Shown here one piece after another: positions 1-8,476 of a stretch of DNA of 20,486 nucleotides. Location: NCBI GenBank assembly GCA_016926735.1, contig JAFGOA010000059.1, positions 1 to 20,486 on the forward strand, given 5' to 3'. A program made the position numbers and the translations under genes. The notes below the pieces were generated by a model, which searched no databases, was not told where the DNA came from, and was given only the letters and a program-made list of their open reading frames with translations. Source of the stretch: Promethearchaeota archaeon. GTDB lineage: Archaea; Asgardarchaeota; Lokiarchaeia; Sigyniarchaeales; SOKP01. Position 1 is the first letter of the stretch. Every line of letters starts with the position of its first letter.

Positions 1-51
1 CATGGCATTCTGCTCTAAATATGGTAAAAATATAGAATTTAGAAAAGAGGT

Positions 52-1467
52 TTAATATTTCCAATTCTCATACGCCTTTTCTAAATTATTAATAGCTTCA
101 AGTTCATTTTTTTTTACTTTTTGAAGAATATCAATACCTTTTTTTCGCTTTTCTAAAGTAATATTATAGTCCTTTTTTTGTTGTAGATGAGGAAACATTA
201 TATTAAAATGCTCTAATCGCATTTTAGCTTTCTGGTAGGATTCACTTGCAAATTTTAGAAATTTAGATTGAGGAGTTTCTTTGTATATACGAGATAATCG
301 TTCTAAATATTCAGAAGCAACATTTTTAGCATCATAATAATATTGACCTAGATTTTCGCCAATAAAGTTTATAACATGTTCTCTCTTACCTGAATCTAAC
401 ACATTAATCCATTTATCATATGCTTCTGGACCGGAAGTACTTTCACTCTGTAAGAAAAAATCTCCTTTAGCAAACTTTATTGCTCTTTTTATTGATTTTT
501 TATCTTCTTCTTCAGGTATTCTTTTTTGCTTTTCTTCAGTAAAATAGAAATGTACAAATTTATTTATTAGATGTAATTGATCAAATCTAATAGGAATTTC
601 TTTTCTTCCTTCAATATGATAATATGTACTAACTAGATAACTATCATTCTGATATCCATTCACAATTGCAAAACCATTTCCATGAACGCCTAATAAAACA
701 ACGGGAGTATTATATTCATCAATTATTTTACATATTTGATTAAAAATATTTAAACCTGTATCATAATCTTCATTTTCTAATTGCCATACACCAGAATATT
801 TCCTTTTTCTTTTCCACAGGTTCATTTTCCACCCAAAACTCTCTGTTCCTAAATAAATTTCCTCCCAAGCGTTTTTAGATAATATTGATGCAGTTATTAA
901 TCTTGAATCAGTAACTATAAAACAATAACCAGATCTTCCACTAACAAAGATATAATCATGACTTTCACCCAATGATGCTAACACACCTGAAACCGAAGAA
1001 ATATAAGAATTCCATCCACCTTGATAATGGGCATAATTACTTATGATATGTTCATTTAATACTCTAGTATTTTTATAGAATTGTGGCCATTGATTGTACT
1101 TTTCTATCATTTCCTTTTGTTCTTTTTGTCTCTCTAATATAAGATTTTGATATGTATTAGTAATAGCAGTAATAATTTTAAGTCCTGTAAATGTTATTTT
1201 ATATCTCCCCCAATCTTCTCTTTCAATAAGATTCATATTCATTAAAAAATCAAGGTGATGAACTAATGTGGTTCTTTTAATTGTTAAATTAACTAATAAG
1301 AAAGAAAAGTTCCTAGGTTTTTTTAACAGAAAATTAAGGATAGAAAGTCTTTTTGGACTTGCTATTGCTTTTAATAAATCAGTGATCTCTTCAAATGATT
1401 CCGAAAGGATTGATGTTATTTTTTCAATTGTAAGATCATCATCTGATTTTGTTATTTTTTCCAACAT
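52..1467 (-). CDS. ArsR-family winged-HTH regulator fused to a C39/BtrH-like (papain-fold, probably inactive) domain and helical C-terminus
   Basis: N-terminal LLKAIASPKRLSILNFL...KRTTLVHHLDFLMNMNLIER...GRYKITFTG is an ArsR wHTH pattern. Later segments SGVLASLG, VSGRSGYCF and IIDEYNTPVVL...FAIVNGYQNDSYLV resemble C39-like folds. ATG at 1467 is preferred; in-frame TTG at 1473 is the alternative. Confidence 0.75.
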   Translation of the reverse strand: MLEKITKSDDDLTIEKITSILSESFEEITDLLKAIASPKRLSILNFLLKKPRNFSFLLVNLTIKRTTLVHHLDFLMNMNLIEREDWGRYKITFTGLKIITAITNTYQNLILERQKEQKEMIEKYNQWPQFYKNTRVLNEHIISNYAHYQGGWNSYISSVSGVLASLGESHDYIFVSGRSGYCFIVTDSRLITASILSKNAWEEIYLGTESFGWKMNLWKRKRKYSGVWQLENEDYDTGLNIFNQICKIIDEYNTPVVLLGVHGNGFAIVNGYQNDSYLVSTYYHIEGRKEIPIRFDQLHLINKFVHFYFTEEKQKRIPEEEDKKSIKRAIKFAKGDFFLQSESTSGPEAYDKWINVLDSGKREHVINFIGENLGQYYYDAKNVASEYLERLSRIYKETPQSKFLKFASESYQKAKMRLEHFNIMFPHLQQKKDYNITLEKRKKGIDILQKVKKNELEAINNLEKAYENWKY

Positions 1468-1496
1468 GATCAAGCAAATAAATATTAAATATAAGG

Positions 1497-1504
1497 ATAT
1501 AAAA
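1497..1504 (-). promoter_or_regulatory. Putative TATA box of the regulator gene
   Basis: TTTTATAT on the minus strand about 30 nt upstream of the start, fitting a leaderless or short-leader archaeal transcript; AT-rich background limits certainty. Confidence 0.4.
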
Positions 1505-1510
1505 TAATAA

Positions 1511-1557
1511 TATCTTTTCCAAGATAAATAGATTAAGAATTATTATCAATTGATATT
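1511..1557. promoter_or_regulatory. Two palindromes upstream of the regulator (candidate operators)
   Basis: TATCTT-TTCC-AAGATA (1511-1526) and perfect 12-bp TATCAATTGATA (1544-1555). Confidence 0.35.
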
Positions 1558-1625
1558 CTAATTTTCTCATTTAATGAAGTTTTTGATCATGCCTTTCTTC
1601 TTAAAAATAGCAAAATAAGAAGATT

Positions 1626-4600
1626 TTAAACTGAAGATGTAAGTTCTGCTAAATATCTTTTTTTAATTTTATTAAAAATTATATTTAATAACACCTGTTC
1701 TGCTTTATTATATGTTACTGGTAGGATTTCGTCCTTTAACCAAAAATTGAATGCATCCATAAATTTGTTAATTGAATCAGTTGAGGGTACAGCAGTTAAT
1801 TCCTCAAGATACATTTTAAAATATTTTTCCAATGGATTTATTTCTTCAATAACCTCACTTTCTTCTACTTCTATACTCATTGTTTCATAATATTCTTGAT
1901 ATAAAGAGATATTTTCATAAGCGCTAATCATATATTTTATATGGTTTGTGAAATTCTCATCATTAGATAATTCAATTAACTTATTTTTAGCCATCTCATT
2001 TGCCTTATTTATTTCATAATATTCTGAGGGGGAAATTAATTTTTTATCTCTTAATTTCTGTACCTTAAGATGAGTTTTATCGATTTCTCCTGTAAACTCT
2101 AATAAATTAGTTAAATATTGAGGAAAAATAGCAGAAAGATTTCTATTTATATCTTTAACAATATCTAAAAAAGTGAGAAGAGATCTACTAAAAATTACTC
2201 TTGCTTCTAAAACAGGTCTTATATCTTTAGATTCATTGTAAAGATCTTCCATAAACCGAAATTTTGTTATATCTAATTTTTGCTGTTCTAGCATATTTTT
2301 CAGTCTTGCCAATTTATCAGATGTTTCTTCAAGACCTTCTGATGCGGCATTCTGTATATCTTGATGTAATTGATCAATACTCATTTTACTTTCTTTTAAT
2401 TTAATTTGACTCAGATAATAATCCATTGATTTCACTTTAATATAATCTTGATTTTCGTCAAGGAAATTTTCAATTAATTTAAAGGTCTTTTCAGAAGGTT
2501 CATATAGATATTTCATTATATAAATATAGATTAAGCGATCTGAGGCAATAATATTATGATCATAGAATTTATTTACCTCAAGATTTTCATAGAGTTCAAA
2601 TAATGATTTAAAATATGCATCGAGAATTTCTCTTTTTTTCATCGAATCCAATGGGATAGATTCAGATTCTTTAAAAAAATATTTATCAAATTTTTTTACT
2701 AAATCAAGATAATAAAAGACTGTATTAATATTTCCAAGGGTATTTATACCTTTTTGTGTTTTAAGATTCTCTTTACCGATTGATTCTAATGGACTTACAT
2801 CCTTAAACATATCAACTATAATATCTGGATATTTCTTTCTATTTATATCATAGGATTGAATATAAAAACCTTTTAATGTTAGTATAGGAATTATTGATCT
2901 AATTATCATCGTCCTTTTTTTTATTGCATTGAGATCCTCTTTTATAATACTATTTATATGTTCATCAATAGATTGTTTTTTTTCATTATCGGCATATTTC
3001 CTATCTTTTAATAATTGATTCATTTTAATAGCTCTTATCATTGGATTTCTCCCACTATAAATTTCTAATAGAATTTTACCCAAAATAACAAAAGCCACAG
3101 ATCCAGTTAATGCTTTATCCTCATCTTTATCTTTCAACACAGGACGAGTTAATAAATTCATTAATCTAAACATAAATATTTTCTCATCCTCTCTTGGGAG
3201 GTCTAATACCTTATCTCTGAATTCTTTAATTATCTTATTCTCAGGATATTTATTGTTCCAAAGTTCATCTATTAATCGATCTCCTTTATCATTTGGAAGA
3301 ATTTCTATATACCTTGTTAAAATTAAATTGATAGCATCAGCCCAGTTTGAATGTTCTTTAGATAAAGGAATTTCTTCATGGTAATCTGCTAATAAATCAT
3401 GAATATTTGATGCTTCTTCAATTACTTTTGGACCTTCATATTTTCCAAGAGTATATTCTATAATTTCATCAAAATTTGGATTTTTTGATTTGATAAATAT
3501 CGGTTTATTTGTTTTTAAAAATAACTTATATAAATCAAATAAACTCCTAATTTTACGTTTTGATCGATTTATAATAAATTGATTAATTTCTTCCTTTGTA
3601 AGATCAGTAAGTTCTTTTAAAGAATTGGTAAATATTAAAGATCTGGATAACGTAAGTTCAATCTCTTTTGGATCGATTTTGTTCATAGTTTCAGAATACT
3701 TTGTTAAGTAACGAGAAATATCTGAAGCCAAATAAGAGCCATGAGCTTCAGGTAATTCAGACAAAGAGGTTAATAATTCATTAATCATCACTTCTGCTTT
3801 AAAATTACCAAGAATTCTTCCATATTTATCTTCAACTCGTTTTAGGAACCCTCCAACATCAGTAAATTTAACATGTTCTTTTTCTTCCCCCAATACCAGA
3901 TCAAGAATATCATTTATACTTTTTATTGATTCTTTAAACTCAGATTTTAATGCTTTTTCTGTAAATGATACAAAAAAATCAAACAAATTTCCTAATGTAT
4001 TTTTACTTCTCCTTATTATTTCCTGATCTAATTGGTTTTTATTTTTACCTTTCGTATCTTTTAAAGCATGATTAAAAAGAAGTATAGCGTTTAATTTTTT
4101 TTTTATATCATCTTTACTTAATCTGGATATATCTTGTGAGAGTTTAAAGATAAATTTCACTATTTCTGAACCGATAGTATCTTTAAGTGAGTGATCAATC
4201 TCATCAAAGACTTTAGAGAATTCTTCAGAAAAGTATATAATATAATCTTCTTCAAATAATTCCTTAAAATTATCAATAGCCCTTTTAATGAAGAGAGAAT
4301 ATTCATCCAGTTGAGTTACTTCTTGTGAAGATCCTATCATAAAATTGAGAATATCTCCAAAACTATCAGATTTTTGTATGATATTTCCATTCTTTGCTTT
4401 TTCAATAAATTGATTTAAAAGATCAGACAAATTCTTTATTTCTGATTTGCTTCTATTGATAATATTTTGATTTACTTGTTTAATGTTTTGATTTGCTAAA
4501 TCTTTAAGACAAGTTGAAAATACCAGAAAATGATTAAGAATTCCTTCAATAGATTCATTTGATAGGTTTTGAATATTTCTAGAATAATTAAATAAAAGAC

Positions 4601-4745
4601 GTGGAATCTCCGTCCCTAATGTTCCAGAATATTCACCAGGAATTAAAAATAGTACTTTTTTTAATAAATCAAATATTTTATTGGTTTTTTGTTCTCCAAT
4701 CTTTTCCTTAAACGGACCCTCTGCTCTTTTTAAAAAAATTTCCAT
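1626..4745 (-). CDS. Large hypothetical helical protein (1039 aa) with three N-terminal 148-aa tandem repeats and a coiled-coil-like C-terminal region
   Basis: Long uninterrupted ORF with no recognisable catalytic motif; internal repeats visible in the translation. Confidence 0.85.
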   Translation of the reverse strand: MEIFLKRAEGPFKEKIGEQKTNKIFDLLKKVLFLIPGEYSGTLGTEIPRLLFNYSRNIQNLSNESIEGILNHFLVFSTCLKDLANQNIKQVNQNIINRSKSEIKNLSDLLNQFIEKAKNGNIIQKSDSFGDILNFMIGSSQEVTQLDEYSLFIKRAIDNFKELFEEDYIIYFSEEFSKVFDEIDHSLKDTIGSEIVKFIFKLSQDISRLSKDDIKKKLNAILLFNHALKDTKGKNKNQLDQEIIRRSKNTLGNLFDFFVSFTEKALKSEFKESIKSINDILDLVLGEEKEHVKFTDVGGFLKRVEDKYGRILGNFKAEVMINELLTSLSELPEAHGSYLASDISRYLTKYSETMNKIDPKEIELTLSRSLIFTNSLKELTDLTKEEINQFIINRSKRKIRSLFDLYKLFLKTNKPIFIKSKNPNFDEIIEYTLGKYEGPKVIEEASNIHDLLADYHEEIPLSKEHSNWADAINLILTRYIEILPNDKGDRLIDELWNNKYPENKIIKEFRDKVLDLPREDEKIFMFRLMNLLTRPVLKDKDEDKALTGSVAFVILGKILLEIYSGRNPMIRAIKMNQLLKDRKYADNEKKQSIDEHINSIIKEDLNAIKKRTMIIRSIIPILTLKGFYIQSYDINRKKYPDIIVDMFKDVSPLESIGKENLKTQKGINTLGNINTVFYYLDLVKKFDKYFFKESESIPLDSMKKREILDAYFKSLFELYENLEVNKFYDHNIIASDRLIYIYIMKYLYEPSEKTFKLIENFLDENQDYIKVKSMDYYLSQIKLKESKMSIDQLHQDIQNAASEGLEETSDKLARLKNMLEQQKLDITKFRFMEDLYNESKDIRPVLEARVIFSRSLLTFLDIVKDINRNLSAIFPQYLTNLLEFTGEIDKTHLKVQKLRDKKLISPSEYYEINKANEMAKNKLIELSNDENFTNHIKYMISAYENISLYQEYYETMSIEVEESEVIEEINPLEKYFKMYLEELTAVPSTDSINKFMDAFNFWLKDEILPVTYNKAEQVLLNIIFNKIKKRYLAELTSSV
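3414..4745 (-). repeat. Three protein-level tandem repeats, 148 aa (444 nt) period
   Basis: F[LI]KR at aa 4/152/300; GTEI/GSEI/ASDI at 44/192/340; LKD/LKD/LKE at 80/228/376; IINRSK/IIRRSK/IINRSK at 95/243/391; terminal G at 138/286/434. Every offset is exactly 148. Confidence 0.92.
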
Positions 4746-4772
4746 AAATCTACAATGAAGTTCAAAAATAAA

Positions 4773-4779
4773 TATTTAA
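4773..4779 (-). promoter_or_regulatory. Putative TATA box of the repeat-protein gene
   Basis: TTAAATA on the minus strand 28-34 nt upstream of ATG 4745, preceded by purine-rich AATAAG (BRE-like). Confidence 0.4.
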
Positions 4780-4819
4780 CTTATTAATTAGGACAAGTAT
4801 CTAAAAGGGATTATTTTAA

Positions 4820-6901
4820 CTAAACAAATGACTTAAGATCTAAAGAATTGATTTTTTCCCGTATTTTTTCTTTACTATTAATAATATCTTTGATAATTGT
4901 TGAAATTTTTCTCCTTTTTTCTAAATCCGAAGGTAATGGTAATATAATTTCCATTATTCTATTTCCAATTGTTGCTATAGTTCCTTGTATAAATGTTATT
5001 GCTTCAAATTGTTTCTGAACAATATCTAAATTCAAAAGGTATAATATCAAGTAAGGATCAATAAATTCATTATTTTCTAAGACTTTTATTTGATAGAGAT
5101 GACTTTGAATAATAATTTTAGTATCAAATCTGGTTATAAATCCTGTTTTTCCTATTAAATTTGGACCTCCATCTTTAACAACAAGAATATCCCCAAATTC
5201 AATATTTTGATTATCTTTATATTTTAAATAGATTTCTTCAGAAGTTCTTTTATTTGAATCAATACATATTTCCCAATTTGATATTTCACTTGTTCTTATG
5301 AATGGAATATCTCCAAGTCCATATACATTAGAACCTATCTCATCTCCTCGTGGCAGGTTTTTATTCTTATTAGTATATATTATTTTTCTTTCTACTAAGT
5401 CTTGAATAGAAAAGAGTGTGAAGCTATTATCTGTTGAAAGATTTTTTAGTGTTTTTTCAACGCCAATATAATAATTAGGAATAAATATTTTATTTTTAAT
5501 TTTGCTTAAATTTATTTTAAAAACATTTTGATGTTTTTTATAGTTAAATTCTTCAGCTGTAGTAATTTTCTTAATTAATTTATCCAAATCATCATTTATT
5601 ATTTTTTTTCCGTCTAAATCTCTCTTTTCTGTTCCATCTTTATTAAGTTTGTAGCATATTTTCCCATCTTTATCATGGCCCACATTGTTCACTATAGCAA
5701 AATCTATAAAATATTCACTATTGAACTTATTTATTTTTTGATAAAATAAAATACTGGTCTTATTACATGTATATGGTTGAAATGTATTTTGATCTAATGA
5801 AATAATACCTAATATTTTTCCATTTTGTTCTAAAAATTCCCAAATATAGCGATCAGTCGGATTCCCAAAAATTCCTTCAGGTAATACGATACCCAATTTA
5901 CCTCCATTCTTTAGTAATTGAATACATCGCTCAATAAATAAGATCTGAGGAGGTTGTTTTTTTTGTATTTTTTTTGTTTTACTCCAATGATTATTTTTAT
6001 CATTAATCCAAATATGTCCTAATTCATATTGTTGAAGTAAACTCTTATTATCAATAGGTATTTTAACTCCAAATGGAGGATTTGTTAAAATAATATCAAA
6101 TTTATTTTCCAAGCTTAGATTTTTCAATTCATAATTATAATTTGATGGATCCAATGAGTTCTCACAAAAAATATTAGATTTACCATTACTTAAAATTTCT
6201 AAATGAAGTTTACATATTTTTGCGAGAAAAAGATCTTTATCTATTCCATAAAGGTTAGAAATTATATTGATTTTATCTTGTTCAGATGAGTTTTTTGCCC
6301 ATAAATAATCTTTAGCTTCTAATAAGAATCCACCATGACCACATGCAGGATCTAATATTTTATCTTTTAATTTGGGATCCAAATATCCAACCATGAATTT
6401 TATAATATTTAAGGGGGTGAAGAATTGTCCTCCTTCATCCTTTAAAATCTTACTAACGAAAATCTCAAATGCATCACGTATAATATCTTTAGAAGATTGA
6501 ATAAGGGAAATTCTCTGTAATTTTTGGATAATTATATACAGTAAATCTTTATTTAAATTAATTTTTTCTTCATGATTAATTAAATTTCTATATCTTTCTA
6601 TTACATTCTCTTTAAAAAAACAATTTAATCTTTTGAAAAGATCTTCTTCCGTTTCTTTATTTTTTATACAAAATTCTGTAAATTCTTCATCAGATTTTGA
6701 AAATTCATCAACTAACTTACAGAAAAGAAGATTAATTATTTCTTTAGAACGAGCTCTTGTATCTGTATGGGTATATTTTAATTTTCCATACATATGTTGA
6801 TTGATTTCATTAAATACTTCTTTTAGATTATTAATTTTGACTAAATCTTTTTTAATGATTCCTTTGCTTTCACTGAAATATGTTGATGATTCTTTATTCA
6901 T
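4820..6901 (-). CDS. N6-adenine DNA methyltransferase (HsdM/type IIG-like) fused to a C-terminal specificity (TRD, HsdS-like) domain
   Basis: GGQFFTP, motif I ILDPACGHGGFL, LYGID, motif IV ILTNPPFG, LFIERCIQLLKNGGKLGIVLPEG; C-terminal IPFIRTSEI...GDILVVKDG...IGKTGFI...IDPYLILYLLN...EIILPLP resembles an S-subunit TRD. Confidence 0.9.
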   Translation of the reverse strand: MNKESSTYFSESKGIIKKDLVKINNLKEVFNEINQHMYGKLKYTHTDTRARSKEIINLLFCKLVDEFSKSDEEFTEFCIKNKETEEDLFKRLNCFFKENVIERYRNLINHEEKINLNKDLLYIIIQKLQRISLIQSSKDIIRDAFEIFVSKILKDEGGQFFTPLNIIKFMVGYLDPKLKDKILDPACGHGGFLLEAKDYLWAKNSSEQDKINIISNLYGIDKDLFLAKICKLHLEILSNGKSNIFCENSLDPSNYNYELKNLSLENKFDIILTNPPFGVKIPIDNKSLLQQYELGHIWINDKNNHWSKTKKIQKKQPPQILFIERCIQLLKNGGKLGIVLPEGIFGNPTDRYIWEFLEQNGKILGIISLDQNTFQPYTCNKTSILFYQKINKFNSEYFIDFAIVNNVGHDKDGKICYKLNKDGTEKRDLDGKKIINDDLDKLIKKITTAEEFNYKKHQNVFKINLSKIKNKIFIPNYYIGVEKTLKNLSTDNSFTLFSIQDLVERKIIYTNKNKNLPRGDEIGSNVYGLGDIPFIRTSEISNWEICIDSNKRTSEEIYLKYKDNQNIEFGDILVVKDGGPNLIGKTGFITRFDTKIIIQSHLYQIKVLENNEFIDPYLILYLLNLDIVQKQFEAITFIQGTIATIGNRIMEIILPLPSDLEKRRKISTIIKDIINSKEKIREKINSLDLKSFV

Positions 6902-7009
6902 AATTCTTTCAATTTAACACAATGAAAAATATTGGGATGTTAGATATTTTTTAACCAAAATAGACCAATATATAGTATTTAAAATATAATACTATTAATA
7001 TTCATAAGC

Positions 7010-7057
7010 TTTATATCGAATTTTTAGTTTAACTACATAATTATCTTATGATAATTA
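7010..7057 (+). promoter_or_regulatory. Putative alba TATA box plus an 8-bp inverted repeat at the expected transcription start
   Basis: TTTATAT at 7010-7016; TAATTATC-TTAT-GATAATTA at 7038-7057. Confidence 0.4.
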
Positions 7058-7133
7058 AATAAAATTGATAAATAAAAAAGAATAAAACAGAGAATTGTTA
7101 AAAAGAAGATTTTAACAAAACAATAGAAAGGTT

Positions 7134-7139
7134 AGGTGA
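7134..7139 (+). promoter_or_regulatory. Shine-Dalgarno site for alba
   Basis: AGGTGA ending 6 nt before the TTG start at 7146. Confidence 0.7.
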
Positions 7140-7145
7140 AAAAAT

Positions 7146-7430
7146 TTGGTTGGTGGAAATGATAATTCTAATGTATACATTGGAAAAAAGAGAAGTATGA
7201 ATTATGTTATGTCTGCTATGACCTCACTTAATGAGGGAAAGGCAACAAAAATACTAGCTCGAGGGAGATCTATTTCTCGTGCTGTAGATGTTAGCGAATT
7301 AATTATTAATAAATTTGCTAAAGGAAGTAGTTATGGAGATATTAAAATATTCACTGAAGAACTTAGTAATCAAGATGGAAGTAAGAGTAATGTTTCTTCA
7401 ATTGAAATAGTTATCCTACCTTCAAACTAA
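7146..7430 (+). CDS. albA: DNA/RNA-binding protein Alba
   Basis: VYIGKK.SMNYV, ARGRSISRAVDV and NVSSIEI are Alba signatures; 94 aa; TTG start supported by SD. Confidence 0.95.
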   Translation: MVGGNDNSNVYIGKKRSMNYVMSAMTSLNEGKATKILARGRSISRAVDVSELIINKFAKGSSYGDIKIFTEELSNQDGSKSNVSSIEIVILPSN

Positions 7431-7445
7431 AATTAGATACATTCA

Positions 7446-7480
7446 GACTTATTGGAGATAAAGTCGATTCTTTTTTTTTT
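7446..7480 (+). terminator. Putative alba terminator (weak hairpin plus T10)
   Basis: GACTTAT-TGGAG-ATAAAGTC imperfect stem (7446-7465) followed by T10 at 7471-7480, between convergent genes. Confidence 0.55.
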
Positions 7481-7482
7481 AA

Positions 7483-7791
7483 TTATTTTTCCAATTTTTC
7501 TTGTACTAAACTATCTAGTATTGAATGAAATTCCTTAATTTTAATCGGATCTAAATTCTTATTATTAATGCTCTTTATTAATTTTAAAAAAGGATTTATA
7601 ATAGGATGTTGAAATACTTTACATGTTTGATCCAAAGTATTAACATCATAAATTAAAGCAGATTGTAATTCTTTTGAGTCCCCAAGTATATCTATAAGTT
7701 GAAGTTTATTATTTTTAGAATATGATAAAATAACTATTTCTTCTTCTAGTTGATTATCCTTTTCCATATCAATTATTTTAAATTCACACAT
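7483..7791 (-). CDS. CooT-family nickel-binding protein with C-terminal helical extension
   Basis: Starts MCE (Cys2), then LxLxDILGxxKxL..A.I.DVN as in CooT; divergent from cdhB/cdhC. Confidence 0.7.
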   Translation of the reverse strand: MCEFKIIDMEKDNQLEEEIVILSYSKNNKLQLIDILGDSKELQSALIYDVNTLDQTCKVFQHPIINPFLKLIKSINNKNLDPIKIKEFHSILDSLVQEKLEK

Positions 7792-7937
7792 GTCGAATCA
7801 ATATTCAATTAAATTAACCTAGTTTTAAAATTTTAAGTATAATAAAAATAATTTTTATAAGTAATTCACAATAAACAACAAATATATTATTTTAATTAGA
7901 TACAAATAAAAATTATAAAAAATAGGCTATATTAATC

Positions 7938-8468
7938 ATGGCAAGACCATATCAAAAAGCAAATATCCCAGGACCGGAAATGGGTACAACATTAAATGAC
8001 CCTAAAATAATGGCAAACATTTTAAAGATTTCAAAAAGGAAGATCTTTATAATTGGTTCTGAATCAATAAATTGGGATCTTGAAGATAAAAAAGTAGTTG
8101 ATTACTTTATTGAAATAGCAAATAAACTGGAATGTCATATTGTTGCTACTGGACATGCTTATAAATATCTCAAAGATAAAATAAATAAAAATATATTATT
8201 TGATATGTCTTTGATTAATATTACTGATAGATTATCAGATAAAGAATGGAAAGGTTTGGATGGTAATGGTCAATATCAAATGGCTATTTTTGGAGGTCAT
8301 CTTGTATTTTATAGCAGTCAGACCCTTAGTAGATTGAAGAACTTCACAAATTGGATAAAAACTATAGAACTGGATAAATATGCTCACCCAAATGCAAGAT
8401 TTAGCTTACCTAATCTAAGTGATAATGATTGGAAAGAATTCTTAGAAGAATTAATTAATAATCTATAG
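7938..8468 (+). CDS. cdhB: Acetyl-CoA decarbonylase/synthase complex epsilon subunit (CODH small subunit)
   Basis: PYQKANIPGP, SKRKIFIIGS, IVATGH, W.GLDGNGQY.M.IF.G, QTLS.LKNF, Y.HPNA.FS.PNL; adjacent to cdhC. Confidence 0.92.
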   Translation: MARPYQKANIPGPEMGTTLNDPKIMANILKISKRKIFIIGSESINWDLEDKKVVDYFIEIANKLECHIVATGHAYKYLKDKINKNILFDMSLINITDRLSDKEWKGLDGNGQYQMAIFGGHLVFYSSQTLSRLKNFTNWIKTIELDKYAHPNARFSLPNLSDNDWKEFLEELINNL

Positions 8469-8476
8469 ATATCCAA

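Noticed and set aside
1-55. Short + strand frame (MAFCSKYGKNIEFRKEV-stop), possibly the end of a convergent gene
   Set aside because: Too short and at the window edge; no supporting motif.
1268-1507. 79-aa + strand ORF
   Set aside because: Antisense shadow of the ArsR regulator with no motif.
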